Assembly: GCA_965204745.1 (NCBI GenBank)
Contig: OZ242010.1
Span: 1,728,001 to 1,792,000, forward strand
Length of the DNA stretch: 64,000 bases
Source of the DNA: Candidatus Latescibacterota bacterium
GTDB lineage: Bacteria > Latescibacterota > UBA2968
Direction of reading: 5' to 3'
In this document: positions 10,118 to 20,149 of the stretch, in pieces
Position numbering within the stretch: position 1 is the stretch's first letter
Layout of the letters: each line of letters begins with the position of its first letter
The notes under the pieces: model-generated
The model's input: only the letters and a program-made list of their open reading frames with translations
Database searches by the model: none
Told to the model about the DNA's origin: nothing
Program-made: the position numbers and the translations under genes

Positions 10118-11551
10118 ATGTTGAGAAGCCATCCCAAGGCCCCGAAAATTCAGTCTAAACTCGTCACGCTGTTCAACAGGGCAACGCTACCTCTGTTCGT
10201 GATTGCACTGATGTTAGCGGCATTCGCAGGTGGCGTATATGTCACGAGAGAAAAGGTATTTCCGTACTACCTTTTAAGATCTGCCTATTATACCAGTAAA
10301 AGTCTGTTTGAAGTGTCTATGGGTGATAGACCCATATTCTGGAAAATGAAGTTCGTGGATATCAGCCCCGACAGTGTGGCAGCGCGTCGCTTTGAGTTCA
10401 TCGGTGCCGATACCCTCGCCGACCCGATCCTCGTTTTGGGAGGTGCGGATCGTTTTATCGAGTATTGTCCCAACGCCAGCGGGTGCCTCGCGGTCGAGTA
10501 CGGCGGCCGAGGGGAAGTGAGGCATGCCTATCCGTACCGTCCCGAGAGTTTCGAGAACGTGCCCATCAGCGTCGACTTTCCCTATGAGCAGGTACCTGGA
10601 TTCCAGTTTCGTTATTTTACTATATTCAGTGGTATATCCCGGTATTCAAACGGCGACCTGTTGGTTGTTTTTCACTTCGGGCATAGTTTTCCATTCACCG
10701 GTGGCGTGGCACGCGTCAACCGCGATGGTCATGTGATCTGGTACCGCCGGGACTATAGCCATCATGTGCCGTATATAACCGATGGCGATACTGCTCTAGT
10801 CCCAAGCCTGAGGATTGGCGAAGGGCCAAGCGAGTTTATCGGGAGTAAAAATCAAAAGTACTATAATGATTTCGTACACATCATTGACGGGAAAGGGCGG
10901 CTTCTCAAAGCTATTTCCGTACTTGACGCGCTCCTCGAATCCCCGTATGCACCGTCTCTGTATTACACGGATCCTTCTGATCCGACTCACCTCAACTTTG
11001 TCCACAAACTGCGGGAAGATGCCGGTGGTGCGAAGGGCATCGCGCCGGGCGATCTCGTGGTTTCTCTGCGAAACCTAAGCGCGTTCGGCATTCTAGATCG
11101 CAAAAGCCATCAACTAAAAAAGTTTGTGCGCGGCGGGTTCTTTCAGCAGCACAGCGTCACGCATCTCGAAGGATCCAAGTTCCTCATGTTCGACAACTTG
11201 GGTAGCGATGGCGTTCACGGTCCGTCTCGATTGCTCATGGTCGATTTAGCGGATGGCGAGGAGACCACCATTTTCCCAAATGATAGGACTCCTGAACATC
11301 TGCGAGTTCTGTTTAGTCATCGGGGAGGGGATATCTCCATTTCTCCAGACCGCCGGCGGTGCATCGTTATATACCACTACAAAAGGTCCGCGGTTGAAGT
11401 TCGGCTTGCCGACGGTGCGGTGCTCGCCGTGTTCACCAATTTACACGACATGTCGCATGTGAATACGTTGCCCGATGAGAGAAAGACCAAGGCAGTATGG
11501 TACAACTTACACAGCACAAAATATATCGACAGCAATGGAGTGAGCAGATGA
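10118..11551 (+). CDS. Arylsulfotransferase (ASST)-like protein with N-terminal membrane anchor
   Basis: SHH, DPTHLN, LVVSLRNLS, QQHS, LMFDNLG motifs typical of ASST-like propellers. Confidence 0.75.
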   Translation: MLRSHPKAPKIQSKLVTLFNRATLPLFVIALMLAAFAGGVYVTREKVFPYYLLRSAYYTSKSLFEVSMGDRPIFWKMKFVDISPDSVAARRFEFIGADTLADPILVLGGADRFIEYCPNASGCLAVEYGGRGEVRHAYPYRPESFENVPISVDFPYEQVPGFQFRYFTIFSGISRYSNGDLLVVFHFGHSFPFTGGVARVNRDGHVIWYRRDYSHHVPYITDGDTALVPSLRIGEGPSEFIGSKNQKYYNDFVHIIDGKGRLLKAISVLDALLESPYAPSLYYTDPSDPTHLNFVHKLREDAGGAKGIAPGDLVVSLRNLSAFGILDRKSHQLKKFVRGGFFQQHSVTHLEGSKFLMFDNLGSDGVHGPSRLLMVDLADGEETTIFPNDRTPEHLRVLFSHRGGDISISPDRRRCIVIYHYKRSAVEVRLADGAVLAVFTNLHDMSHVNTLPDERKTKAVWYNLHSTKYIDSNGVSR

Positions 11552-11772
11552 TCGTTGAAACGACCGCAAAACTCGCCAGCGGCGACCTGCTTTTGGGCAT
11601 TGCATATATCGGCCTCGGTCCAGGGCTGGCATCTATCGGTGCCTTGCTGGTCGTTGGCGGGGCCGTCATTACCATGCTCGTCGGCCTCGTCTGGTATCCC
11701 GTCAAGCAGGTGCTCCGCAAGTGGCGCGCGCGACGAGCAGACGAGACGCCAGACGACGAGGCGTCTAACTAG
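11548..11772 (+). CDS. Small membrane protein with AYIGLGPG motif
   Basis: ATG overlaps upstream stop (ATGA); 74 aa; hydrophobic helix then basic and acidic tail. Confidence 0.7.
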   Translation: MIVETTAKLASGDLLLGIAYIGLGPGLASIGALLVVGGAVITMLVGLVWYPVKQVLRKWRARRADETPDDEASN

Positions 11773-12050
11773 GTTCTGTTGACATTTACGAGCAAAGCAA
11801 CTGGCTTGAGCGGTTTTGCGAGGGGGACCTACCCCCTAACCCCCTTCCTAAGAGGAAGGGGGAACGGTGATGGGTCTTCCGAGGGATTGCTCGAGAGGTT
11901 TTTTGGGTTCTATGGCGTGATCCATTCGCCCAAAGCCATCAAAGGAGCTTTACTCCCCTTTCCTCGTAGGAAAGGGGCCGGGGGATAGGTCCCCTCGCGC
12001 TTTGCTAATCTGTGCGTAACGTGAAAAAAATGAAATGTCAACACAACCTA
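11770..12050. mobile_element. MITE with 18-bp terminal inverted repeats enclosing a REP-doublet cassette
   Basis: TAGGTTCTGTTGACATTT / AAATGTCAACACAACCTA (17/18, including probable TA duplication); nested palindromes 11818-11998. Confidence 0.8.
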
Positions 12051-12053
12051 ATC

Positions 12054-13148
12054 ATGCAATTCCAAGATCGGTATTCCAAACTGGACCGGTTCCTGCACCA
12101 CTTGGCCTTTTCCGGCATTGAGGTGCAAAAGGCCCTGGCCGATATTGAGGCCCGCCTCTACGCCCGGCGCTTGGGCGGCATCGGGATTGACCGCCCGGTA
12201 TTTATCACCGCGCTTCCGCGGGCGGGCACCACGCTCTTGCTGGAAACGCTTGGTTCGTTGGATATATTCGCCACACATACGTACCGGAACATGCCGTTTT
12301 TGCTCATTCCGCTCCTGTGGGCCGCCCTTTCGCGTCGCTTTCGCGTGTCCGATACGGTTGTCGAGCGCGCTCATGGCGATGGCATGACTATCGGCGCCGA
12401 CAGCGCCGAGGCGTTCGAAGAAGTCGTGTGGCGTGCGTTTTGGCCCGAGAAATACCTCGAGGATCGCATCGCCACATGGACGGCGACCGACGAGAACGTT
12501 CATCGGGAGTTCGAGCCGTTCATCAAAACCCACATGGCGAAGATGATCGCCCTGCGGGCTGTGCAAAAACCGGATGCGGTTCGCTATCTCTCAAAAAACA
12601 ATGCCAATATCGCCCGCCTTCCCAAAATCGCTCGGTTGTTTCCCGATGCGGTCATCCTCGTCCCCTTTCGCAATCCCCTCGACCACGCCGCCTCTCTGTT
12701 GCGGCAACATCTCAACTTCCTGAACATCCACGCCGCCGAGCCTTTTACCCGGCGGTATATGGCGGACATCGGTCATTTCGACTTCGGCGCGAATCTCCGG
12801 CCGATTGATTTTGGTCACTGGTTGAGCCGAGCGTTAAATCCCACACATACCGCGGACTTTTGGCTCGCGTATTGGTGCGCGGCCTACGCGCATATCCTCG
12901 CCAATTCCCATCATAACCTCCTGCTCATCAGCTATGATTCGCTTTGCGCCAATCCCGGCCCTATCCTGCGGCGCATCGGCAACGCGATAGGCATCGATGA
13001 ATCGCCGGAACTGATCGCCCTCGCCGACCGATTCCGCACGCCGACCCGCTACGATGCCGGCGCCCTGAACACCGATCAAAGCCTGCTCGAGATGGCCTCC
13101 GAACTTCACCGTGAATTGCAAACCCGTTCCATTGGGCAGATTGCCTGA
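12054..13148 (+). CDS. PAPS-dependent sulfotransferase family protein
   Basis: PVFITALPRAGTTLL (5'-PSB), PFRNPLDHAASL (3'-PB), LLISYDSLC; ATG just after the MITE. Confidence 0.9.
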   Translation: MQFQDRYSKLDRFLHHLAFSGIEVQKALADIEARLYARRLGGIGIDRPVFITALPRAGTTLLLETLGSLDIFATHTYRNMPFLLIPLLWAALSRRFRVSDTVVERAHGDGMTIGADSAEAFEEVVWRAFWPEKYLEDRIATWTATDENVHREFEPFIKTHMAKMIALRAVQKPDAVRYLSKNNANIARLPKIARLFPDAVILVPFRNPLDHAASLLRQHLNFLNIHAAEPFTRRYMADIGHFDFGANLRPIDFGHWLSRALNPTHTADFWLAYWCAAYAHILANSHHNLLLISYDSLCANPGPILRRIGNAIGIDESPELIALADRFRTPTRYDAGALNTDQSLLEMASELHRELQTRSIGQIA

Positions 13149-13182
13149 CAGATACTGATTTGGGGATTATCGTAAAGCCCGC

Positions 13183-13217
13183 AAGCCCCGCTGGCTTCAG
13201 CGCGGGGATTACGTCAC
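13183..13217 (+). mobile_element. IS200/IS605-type end hairpin remnant
   Basis: AAGCCCCGCTGGCTTCAGCGCGGGGATTACGTCAC resembles IS605 right-end hairpins; no tnpA/tnpB nearby. Confidence 0.45.
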
Positions 13218-13223
13218 TACAAG

Positions 13224-13255
13224 AAAAAAGCCCTCGCGAGATGTGGGGCTTTTTT
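13224..13255 (+). terminator. Intrinsic terminator after sulfotransferase
   Basis: AAAAAAGCCCTCGC-gagat-GTGGGGCTTTTTT. Confidence 0.7.
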
Positions 13256-13274
13256 GTGTACTCCTTTAATACAA

Positions 13275-13604
13275 ATGCGAATTAAGCGTTGAATCTATCG
13301 CGTACTTGTCCTTTCTTGAGGGCGCAACCAATTTCACCCTCAAAGGAAGGAGCACGCGATGGATTGGCAAGATAAACGCATTCACTTGTATGTCTCTATT
13401 TGTCAGCAGTATGACCAAAGCATCTGTGGTTTTATACACAACGCATGAGCAAGAACGACACGCCGGCCTTCACAGATGAAGAAGTGCTGACGATCTCTTT
13501 GTTTGGGATCATGCAACAGCACACGCAGATCATGGCGATTGATACCTATACCAAGGATCATCTTTCCGACTGGTTTCCCAATCTGCCCACTTATGTAGGC
13601 TATC
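13275..13604 (+). pseudogene. Truncated, frameshifted IS982-family copy
   Basis: Begins ATGCGAATTAAG; highly similar to first ~330 bp of the element at 56494; 1-bp deletion (GACCAAAGCAT vs GACCAAAAGCAT). Confidence 0.9.
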
Positions 13605-13802
13605 TACGCCATCGGCTTGCACAAAGTCATCTGTTTTTGTATTCTCTATTGATCCTCGTTGATCGGAAGCCGTTAGAGGCAACCGCTCGCGCATTCGCCT
13701 CTCCGGCGATGAGGTCGTTTATACGAACCGCGGCACCTTTGCTTTGGATCACGTACCCGTGTGGACGATTTCTAATTACGGGCAAGGGCGCAGAGGGAAC
13801 AA

Positions 13803-14678
13803 ATGCAAAAAGAAAATCAGCCACTCGCAGAGGTGTTCGGCCATTTGCCGACAGATTTTAGCGCGAAAGCAACGCGCTACCGGAAGAATAAACTCTGTCC
13901 ATTTCCTAATAAAGTGCCCAATTGCACAAAGGATAAGGCAAAAGACCCCCTAGGGATATGTAGCATTTACACCAAAGAAAGCGCAGTCATTACATGCCCC
14001 ATCCGATTTCGAGAAGATTGGCTCGTCGCTGACGATGCAGCGGATTTCTTCTTTCCAGAGGGAACGACTTGGACTTCATTGACCGAAGTCAGATTGACCG
14101 ATTTTGATGGTAAGTCTGCCGGGAATATCGACATGGTATTGGTTGCTTACGACCACGCGGGAAGAGTATATGACTTTGGCTCGTTAGAGATTCAAGCCGT
14201 TTATATTTCTGGAAACGTAAGAAATCCATTTATGCATTACATGGCGGATTGCAAAGCGAATGCCTCAATGGACTGGACAGATCAACCGAACTATCCTCGT
14301 CCCGATTTTCTATCATCATCTCGAAAACGTTTAGCTCCTCAACTGATGTTTAAGGGGGGTATTTTTCATGCGTGGAACAAGAAAATGGCAGTCGCTTTAG
14401 ACAGTTCCTTTTACGATACCCTCCCCGACCTCAGAGAGACGTCAAAATCTGAGGCTGAAGTCGCGTGGCTTGTATATGACCTCGTTCTCGACGCTACAGC
14501 CACAAGATACAACCTAAAAAGAACCAAAGTCGTTTACACAAAATTCTCAGACGCTTTGAATGCGATAACGCGCCCAAAAGTTGGAAGGATCGCAGATTTC
14601 ATGAAATTACTTCAGTCAAAGGTAGATGAGAAACAGGAATTGCCACCGACAAATAGAACGATTGAAAACCCATTTTGA
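13803..14678 (+). CDS. NotI-family restriction endonuclease
   Basis: Four Cys (CPF..CTKDK..GICS..TCPIRF), GNIDMVL, LEIQAVYISG, RPDFLSSSRKRLAPQL. Confidence 0.8.
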   Translation: MQKENQPLAEVFGHLPTDFSAKATRYRKNKLCPFPNKVPNCTKDKAKDPLGICSIYTKESAVITCPIRFREDWLVADDAADFFFPEGTTWTSLTEVRLTDFDGKSAGNIDMVLVAYDHAGRVYDFGSLEIQAVYISGNVRNPFMHYMADCKANASMDWTDQPNYPRPDFLSSSRKRLAPQLMFKGGIFHAWNKKMAVALDSSFYDTLPDLRETSKSEAEVAWLVYDLVLDATATRYNLKRTKVVYTKFSDALNAITRPKVGRIADFMKLLQSKVDEKQELPPTNRTIENPF

Positions 14679-15664
14679 AAGGTAGTCACATGCAAAAATT
14701 GCTGTTTGGTGACGCTGAATTTAAGTCTTCCAGTGTAGGTAAAAAAGACTCCTTAAAGGCGGTCAATGTCGCATCTGTTCCCCAGCGCAGTCCATTTCGA
14801 TATCCCGGTGGTAAGACATGGTTTGTTCCCCGTCTGCGAGAGTGGCTTTACGGGTACGCAAAGCACAACGCCGGTAAACGTCCTCGGCTGATGGTAGAGC
14901 CTTTTGCCGGAGGCGGTATCAGTTCTTTAACAGCGATTTTTGAGAATTTAGTTGAAGCATCGTTGCTGGTTGAGCTCGATTCGGAGGTCGCGGCTGTATG
15001 GCAAACAATTATTGACGGTGAAGCAGAGTGGCTTGCTGAGAGAATACTAAACTTTGAAATGTCGAAGGACAACGCCATTGCGGAGATCGATACAAAGAGG
15101 AGATTAACCAAAGAAAAAGCGTTTCAAACCATCGTAAAAAACAGGATGTCTCACGGTGGCATTTTGGCGGCGGGCGCCGGCTTTCTGAAGCATGGGGAAT
15201 CGGGCAAAGGCGTGCTTTCTCGCTGGTATCCCACAACGCTTGCCAAGCGTCTGCGAGCCATTCATCTGGTGCGAGACAAATTGCGTTTTGAGCACGGAGA
15301 CGCATTTCGCGTATTGGAACGATATCGGGATGATGGGGATATCGTATTTTTTCTCGATCCCCCCTATACCGCTGGTGGCAAGAAAGCGGGAAATCGGCTT
15401 TATACCCACTTTGAATTAGACCACAAAGCTCTTTTTTTGGCGTGTCAAAAGATAAAAGGCGATTTTATCATGACTTATGACAATGCAGACGAAGTGAGAG
15501 AACTCGCGCGAAAGCACGGGTTTATGGCTAAGCCGATCCCCATGAAAAATACGCACCACGCGGCAATGACGGAACTCGTCATTGGAAGAGACTTGGCGTG
15601 GATGAATGGCATTGACCGCGTGTTGGAGGCGCAGGCGGAAGACAAAAGCCGAAACGAGAAATGA
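14675..15664 (+). CDS. Dam/D12-class DNA adenine methyltransferase
   Basis: SPFRYPGGK, EPFAGG, FLDPPY; start may be ATG 14690. Confidence 0.9.
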   Translation: MKGSHMQKLLFGDAEFKSSSVGKKDSLKAVNVASVPQRSPFRYPGGKTWFVPRLREWLYGYAKHNAGKRPRLMVEPFAGGGISSLTAIFENLVEASLLVELDSEVAAVWQTIIDGEAEWLAERILNFEMSKDNAIAEIDTKRRLTKEKAFQTIVKNRMSHGGILAAGAGFLKHGESGKGVLSRWYPTTLAKRLRAIHLVRDKLRFEHGDAFRVLERYRDDGDIVFFLDPPYTAGGKKAGNRLYTHFELDHKALFLACQKIKGDFIMTYDNADEVRELARKHGFMAKPIPMKNTHHAAMTELVIGRDLAWMNGIDRVLEAQAEDKSRNEK

Positions 15665-15745
15665 TGATGAGCACCAAAGTGTTGGACACGCCAACCATCT
15701 CGTGTGCGTTGCGCTTCGCAAAAACAATAAAACCAGGATCCATCG

Positions 15746-16756
15746 ATGTCCACGCTCCTCGACACCTTGCAACGCCCCATCCGCGACCTTCGCATTTCCG
15801 TCACGGACAGGTGCAATTTTCGTTGCCCGTATTGCATGCCCGCCGAGATTTTTGGGGAAAAGTACGAATTTCTGCCCAAAGCCGATATTCTCACCTTTGA
15901 AGAAATCGTCCGGCTCGCCAAAATTTTTATCGCGCTCGGCGTGACCAAAATCCGCATCACCGGCGGCGAACCCCTGCTGCGTCGGGATCTCGAGACCCTC
16001 ATCGCGGACCTGTCGCGCCTCGATGGGGTTGGCGACCTCACTTTGACGACCAATGGATATCTCCTCGCCGACAAAGCGCGGGCACTCAAGGACGCGGGGT
16101 TGCACAGGCTCACCGTGAGTTTGGATGCGATTGACGAGCAGACCTTTGATCGCATGAGCGGGCGCACGCATGGCACAGAGCGCGTGCTCAACGGCATTCG
16201 CGTTGCTGAACGACTGGGCTTTTACCCCCTCAAAATTAACGCGGTCGTTCAAAAGGGGATCAACGACCATCTCGTCGTCGATCTCGCGCAACACTTCCAC
16301 GGCACCGGGCATATCCTGCGGTTTATCGAATTTATGGACGTGGGCAATCGCAACAAGTGGAACATGGCGCAGGTCGTCCCGGCCGCCGAGATCATCGACC
16401 GCATTCACGCGGTTTTGCCCCTCGAACCGATAGCGCCCAACTACATGGGCGAAGTGGCAAGACGCTATCGCTATGTCGATGGCGGCGGCGAAATCGGCCT
16501 CATCTCCTCTGTCACGCAGCCCTTTTGCGGCGACTGCACGCGCGCACGCCTATCCACCGATGGCAAGTTGTACACCTGCCTGTTCGCCTCAAAGGGAACG
16601 GATTTGCGCGATGATTTGCGCTACGGCGCATCTGATGCAGCGTTGCGCGACAAGATTATCCACACCTGGACGCACCGCAATGACCGCTATTCGGAAACCC
16701 GCTTTGCCCACACCCCCGAAGCGCGCAAAATTGAAATGTATCAAATTGGGGGCTGA
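15746..16756 (+). CDS. moaA: GTP 3',8-cyclase MoaA
   Basis: [29 protein letters not shown]-terminal IGG. Confidence 0.97.
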   Translation: MSTLLDTLQRPIRDLRISVTDRCNFRCPYCMPAEIFGEKYEFLPKADILTFEEIVRLAKIFIALGVTKIRITGGEPLLRRDLETLIADLSRLDGVGDLTLTTNGYLLADKARALKDAGLHRLTVSLDAIDEQTFDRMSGRTHGTERVLNGIRVAERLGFYPLKINAVVQKGINDHLVVDLAQHFHGTGHILRFIEFMDVGNRNKWNMAQVVPAAEIIDRIHAVLPLEPIAPNYMGEVARRYRYVDGGGEIGLISSVTQPFCGDCTRARLSTDGKLYTCLFASKGTDLRDDLRYGASDAALRDKIIHTWTHRNDRYSETRFAHTPEARKIEMYQIGG

Positions 16757-16895
16757 GAGCGCGAGACCAAAAAGGCGAAAGTCATGATCCTCGGGCCGAG
16801 CGACACAGAGAACGCAAGGCAATACAGTTGATGGCTGACTTCACTGCACTCACGTCCGTATATTCTCACGCATTACTTCAGGCGGGGCGGTGGGG

Positions 16896-16915
16896 ACTGA
16901 CCACTGACCACTGAC
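16896..16915 (+). repeat. Short ACTGACC heptamer tract (~3 units)
   Basis: GGGG-ACTGACC-ACTGACC-ACTGAC. Confidence 0.7.
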
Positions 16916-17017
16916 TCTCACCGTATTATTTGCCTTGACAAATCCCCGTAATACCCTAAGTTTCACAATCGTTTTTCATCTTCTCACTCCACACCCTCTC
17001 AACACAGGTGGTACATT

Positions 17018-19240
17018 ATGAGCGCGAGTTGGAAAGAAGTATTGCGCGATCTGATCCCGGAAGACTTGGGGGCTGAAATCGACACGTTTGAAGCGCAGAT
17101 CGAGCAGAAGAAGCAGGGAAAAATTGATGACCGGGTCTTTGCCGAAACCCGGCTTCGGCGCGGCGTGTACGGCCAGCGTTACGACAATGGGCAACGCTTT
17201 GACGGTCAGATAACCAAAATGTTGCGCTATCCCAGCGGCGACCTCCTCAAAGGGCCGGACACGGTTTGGGACGCGCCGGGAATGCAGCGCATCAAAATTC
17301 CGTTCGGCGGGTTGACAGCCGATCAAATGGATGCGTTGGCCGATGTGGCCGAGGAGTATTCCGATGGCATTTTGCACATCACCACGCGGCAAGACATTCA
17401 ACTCCACTACGTACACATCGAAGACACCCCCGACCTCATGCGCCGCCTCGCTGCTGTGGGTATCACCACCCGCGAAGCCTGTGGCAACAGCATCCGCAAT
17501 GTCACGGCTTGTCCGCTTTCGGGCGTGTGCCAAACCGAGACATTTGACGTGACCCCGTATTCCCATGCCCTCGCCCAATTCTTGCTCGGGCATCCGGATT
17601 GTCAGGACTTTGGTCGCAAATTCAAAATCGCCTTTTCGGGATGCGCGCACGAAGCCTGTGGCCTGACCAGCATGCACGACATGGGCATGATCGCACGCAT
17701 CGAAGATGGCGAGCGCGGGTTTGAGACCTATGTCGGCGGTGGTTTGGGCGCCGTGCCCCATCAGGCCAAGCTCTACTCGGAATTTCTGCCTCCCGAAGAA
17801 CTCTTGCCCACGGCGCAGGCCATTTGCCGGGTTTTTGCGCGCTTGGGCGAAAAACAAAACCGGGCGCGGGCGCGCATCAAATTCCTCGTCGCCAAACTCG
17901 GCATTGAAGAGTTTATTCGGCTGGTCAAAGAAGAACGCAAAATCCTGCCCAAAGACCCGGCGTGGACCGCCTATCTCGACGACTTGGACGCCTATCGCGA
18001 AGAACCCCTCAAAATTGCCGCGCCCCTCAACGGCGTTGCGCGTCCCGAAGGATTCGATGCGTGGGCAGAAACCAACATCTACAAACAACGCCAACCGGGG
18101 TATGTCGCGGCAACGATATGCCTGCCCTTGGGCGATCTCACGTCCGAGCAGACGCGAAACCTGGCCGATGTCGCGCGCAAATACGTCAAAGACACCATTC
18201 GCACGACCGTTGAGCAAAACATCATCTTGCGCTGGGTCAGCGAATCCGATGTCATTTCCCTGTACCGCGACCTGCAAGCACTCGGCTTGGCCGAAGCGGG
18301 GGCGGGCACGATTGTCGACGTCACGGCTTGCCCGGGCACAGACACCTGCAAACTGGGCATTTCCTCGTCTCGCGGGCTGGCTGCGGAATTGCGAACGCAA
18401 CTGGCGGAAAAAAATCTCCAACTCGCCGACGCCATCAAAAACTTCCGCATCAAAATCAGCGGTTGTTTCAATTCATGTGGGCAACACCACGTCGCGGATT
18501 TGGGTTTTTACGGCAACAGCCGCAAGATCAACGGCTATACCGTGCCGCATTTCCAAGTGGTGCTCGGCGGGCAATGGACGGAAAACGCGGCGTCTTACGG
18601 CTTGGCTATGGGCGCAGTGCCGTCCAAAAATATCCCGGCCGTGATCGAGCGCATCACCGGGCATTACATTGCAAACCGCGAACCGGATGAGAGTTTCCAA
18701 GCCTATATTCAGCGCATCGGGAAGAAAGAGGTCAAGGACCTGCTTCAGGGTCTCACGCAAGTGCCCGCGCACGAGATCGATTCCTCGTTCTACACGGATT
18801 GGGGCGATATCCGCGAATTTACCCTCGGCGATATGGGCAAAGGCGAATGCGCGGGCGAGGTGGTTTCGCTGGTGCAATTCGAGCTTTCCGGCTGTGAGAC
18901 CGAGGCGTTTGAAGCACAGATTCACTTGGACGAGGGCGACTATGAAGCCGCGTACAAGACCGCGGTTGGCGCGATGTTGCACGCGGCCAAGGCCCTGGTC
19001 AAAACCCAATTTCTCGACGTGCCCGAAGATGCCATTGTCGAAGAATTTCGCACGCGCTTTTGCGACACCGAGTTGTTCTACAACAAATTTGCCGGCGCGA
19101 AATTCGCCAATTATCTCTTTCGCGTTCACGCAGAAACCATCCCCGAATACACCCGCGACGCGGCCCATCAGGTCATTGAAGAAGCCCAACTCTTCATCGA
19201 AGAAGCCTACGCCTGCTACGGTCAGATGAATGTGGTGTGA
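17018..19240 (+). CDS. Ferredoxin-dependent nitrite/sulfite reductase with C-terminal extension
   Basis: HITTRQDIQ, RKFKIAFSGC, TACPGTDTC and ISGCFNSCG siroheme/4Fe-4S motifs. Confidence 0.9.
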   Translation: MSASWKEVLRDLIPEDLGAEIDTFEAQIEQKKQGKIDDRVFAETRLRRGVYGQRYDNGQRFDGQITKMLRYPSGDLLKGPDTVWDAPGMQRIKIPFGGLTADQMDALADVAEEYSDGILHITTRQDIQLHYVHIEDTPDLMRRLAAVGITTREACGNSIRNVTACPLSGVCQTETFDVTPYSHALAQFLLGHPDCQDFGRKFKIAFSGCAHEACGLTSMHDMGMIARIEDGERGFETYVGGGLGAVPHQAKLYSEFLPPEELLPTAQAICRVFARLGEKQNRARARIKFLVAKLGIEEFIRLVKEERKILPKDPAWTAYLDDLDAYREEPLKIAAPLNGVARPEGFDAWAETNIYKQRQPGYVAATICLPLGDLTSEQTRNLADVARKYVKDTIRTTVEQNIILRWVSESDVISLYRDLQALGLAEAGAGTIVDVTACPGTDTCKLGISSSRGLAAELRTQLAEKNLQLADAIKNFRIKISGCFNSCGQHHVADLGFYGNSRKINGYTVPHFQVVLGGQWTENAASYGLAMGAVPSKNIPAVIERITGHYIANREPDESFQAYIQRIGKKEVKDLLQGLTQVPAHEIDSSFYTDWGDIREFTLGDMGKGECAGEVVSLVQFELSGCETEAFEAQIHLDEGDYEAAYKTAVGAMLHAAKALVKTQFLDVPEDAIVEEFRTRFCDTELFYNKFAGAKFANYLFRVHAETIPEYTRDAAHQVIEEAQLFIEEAYACYGQMNVV

Positions 19241-19249
19241 GAGGGTAAA

Positions 19250-19454
19250 GGCAAGACGGGAGAGGTAAGACGGGAGAGGTAAGACGGGAGAGGTAAGACG
19301 GGAGAGGTAAGACGGGAGAGGTAAGACGGGAGAGGTAAGACGGGAGAGGTAAGACGGGAGAGGTAAGACGGGAGAGGTAAGACGGGAGAGGTAAGACGGG
19401 AGAGGTAAGACGGGAGAGGTAAGACGGGAGAGGTAAGACGGGAGAGGTAAGACG
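19250..19454 (+). repeat. 14-mer tandem repeat (GGTAAGACGGGAGA)
   Basis: One variant unit at 19250, 13 exact units 19264-19445, partial unit to 19454; fills almost the whole intergenic gap. Confidence 0.97.
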
Positions 19455-19455
19455 T

Positions 19456-20025
19456 ATGCCGACTCATAAAATCAGCGTCAAATTGTATTTTGATCGGGGG
19501 CAGGAAATCGCGCCTGAGATTTGGTTCAAAATTTTCAACAACTGGATTTCCGCGCACGATGGGTCAGACGTGTTGCTCGACGTGGCCGATTACAGCCATG
19601 TGCCCAATGGCCCGGTCACCCTGCTCATCGGTCACGAATACGACATCAGCATTGACGACTCGGACGCAAAGCGCGGCCTGCTCTACAACCGCAAGCGACC
19701 CGGCGGCGATGGTTTTGCACAACAGTTGACCGCTGTGGTGCGCGCAACTTGTGAAACGTGCCGCCGCCTCGAGGCAGAAGAAGATGTGGTTTTTCGCGGC
19801 GATGAACTTCGGATCATCCTCAACGACCGCCTCGACGCGCCCAATACCGAAGCCACGCACGAGGCCATTCAAGGCGATCTCGACGCGCTGTCGCGCCAGC
19901 TTTACAACGGTGCGGAAGTGGCTGTTGCGCGGCGAACAGACGCCAAGCAGCGGTTCACGCTAGACCTACGCGCCGAGGGCGACTGGCCCATCGAAACACT
20001 CCTCAAAAACCTGGCCGAAAAGTAA
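19456..20025 (+). CDS. Hypothetical protein
   Basis: 189 aa with normal composition; LLDVADYSHVPNGPVTLLIGHE; SD supplied by the upstream repeat. Confidence 0.75.
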   Translation: MPTHKISVKLYFDRGQEIAPEIWFKIFNNWISAHDGSDVLLDVADYSHVPNGPVTLLIGHEYDISIDDSDAKRGLLYNRKRPGGDGFAQQLTAVVRATCETCRRLEAEEDVVFRGDELRIILNDRLDAPNTEATHEAIQGDLDALSRQLYNGAEVAVARRTDAKQRFTLDLRAEGDWPIETLLKNLAEK

Positions 20026-20072
20026 AATTTCTTCTTTTGCACGCCTGCAAACATAAAGTCAACTTACAAACC

Positions 20073-20100
20073 TTGACAAACTCGACCAAATAAGTATATT
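20073..20100 (+). promoter_or_regulatory. Possible sigma70 promoter for ferredoxin/gltB
   Basis: TTGACA-16 bp-TATATT. Confidence 0.5.
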
Positions 20101-20149
20101 TGGCGAAACCAACGCCGGTTCGGAACAACTGCAAGGAAAGGGGAAAAAA

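Noticed and set aside
13445-13861. 138-aa ORF as a functional transposase
   Set aside because: Chimera of a frameshifted IS982 fragment and unrelated sequence; no DDE domain
19250-19454. CRISPR array (also considered for 28238 and 34324 tracts)
   Set aside because: Contiguous short units with no spacers; no cas genes
19222-19557. Repeat-protein ORFs (SYLSRLTSPVLPLP; also SVVSGQW, ASRLSPL)
   Set aside because: Antisense translations of DNA tandem repeats
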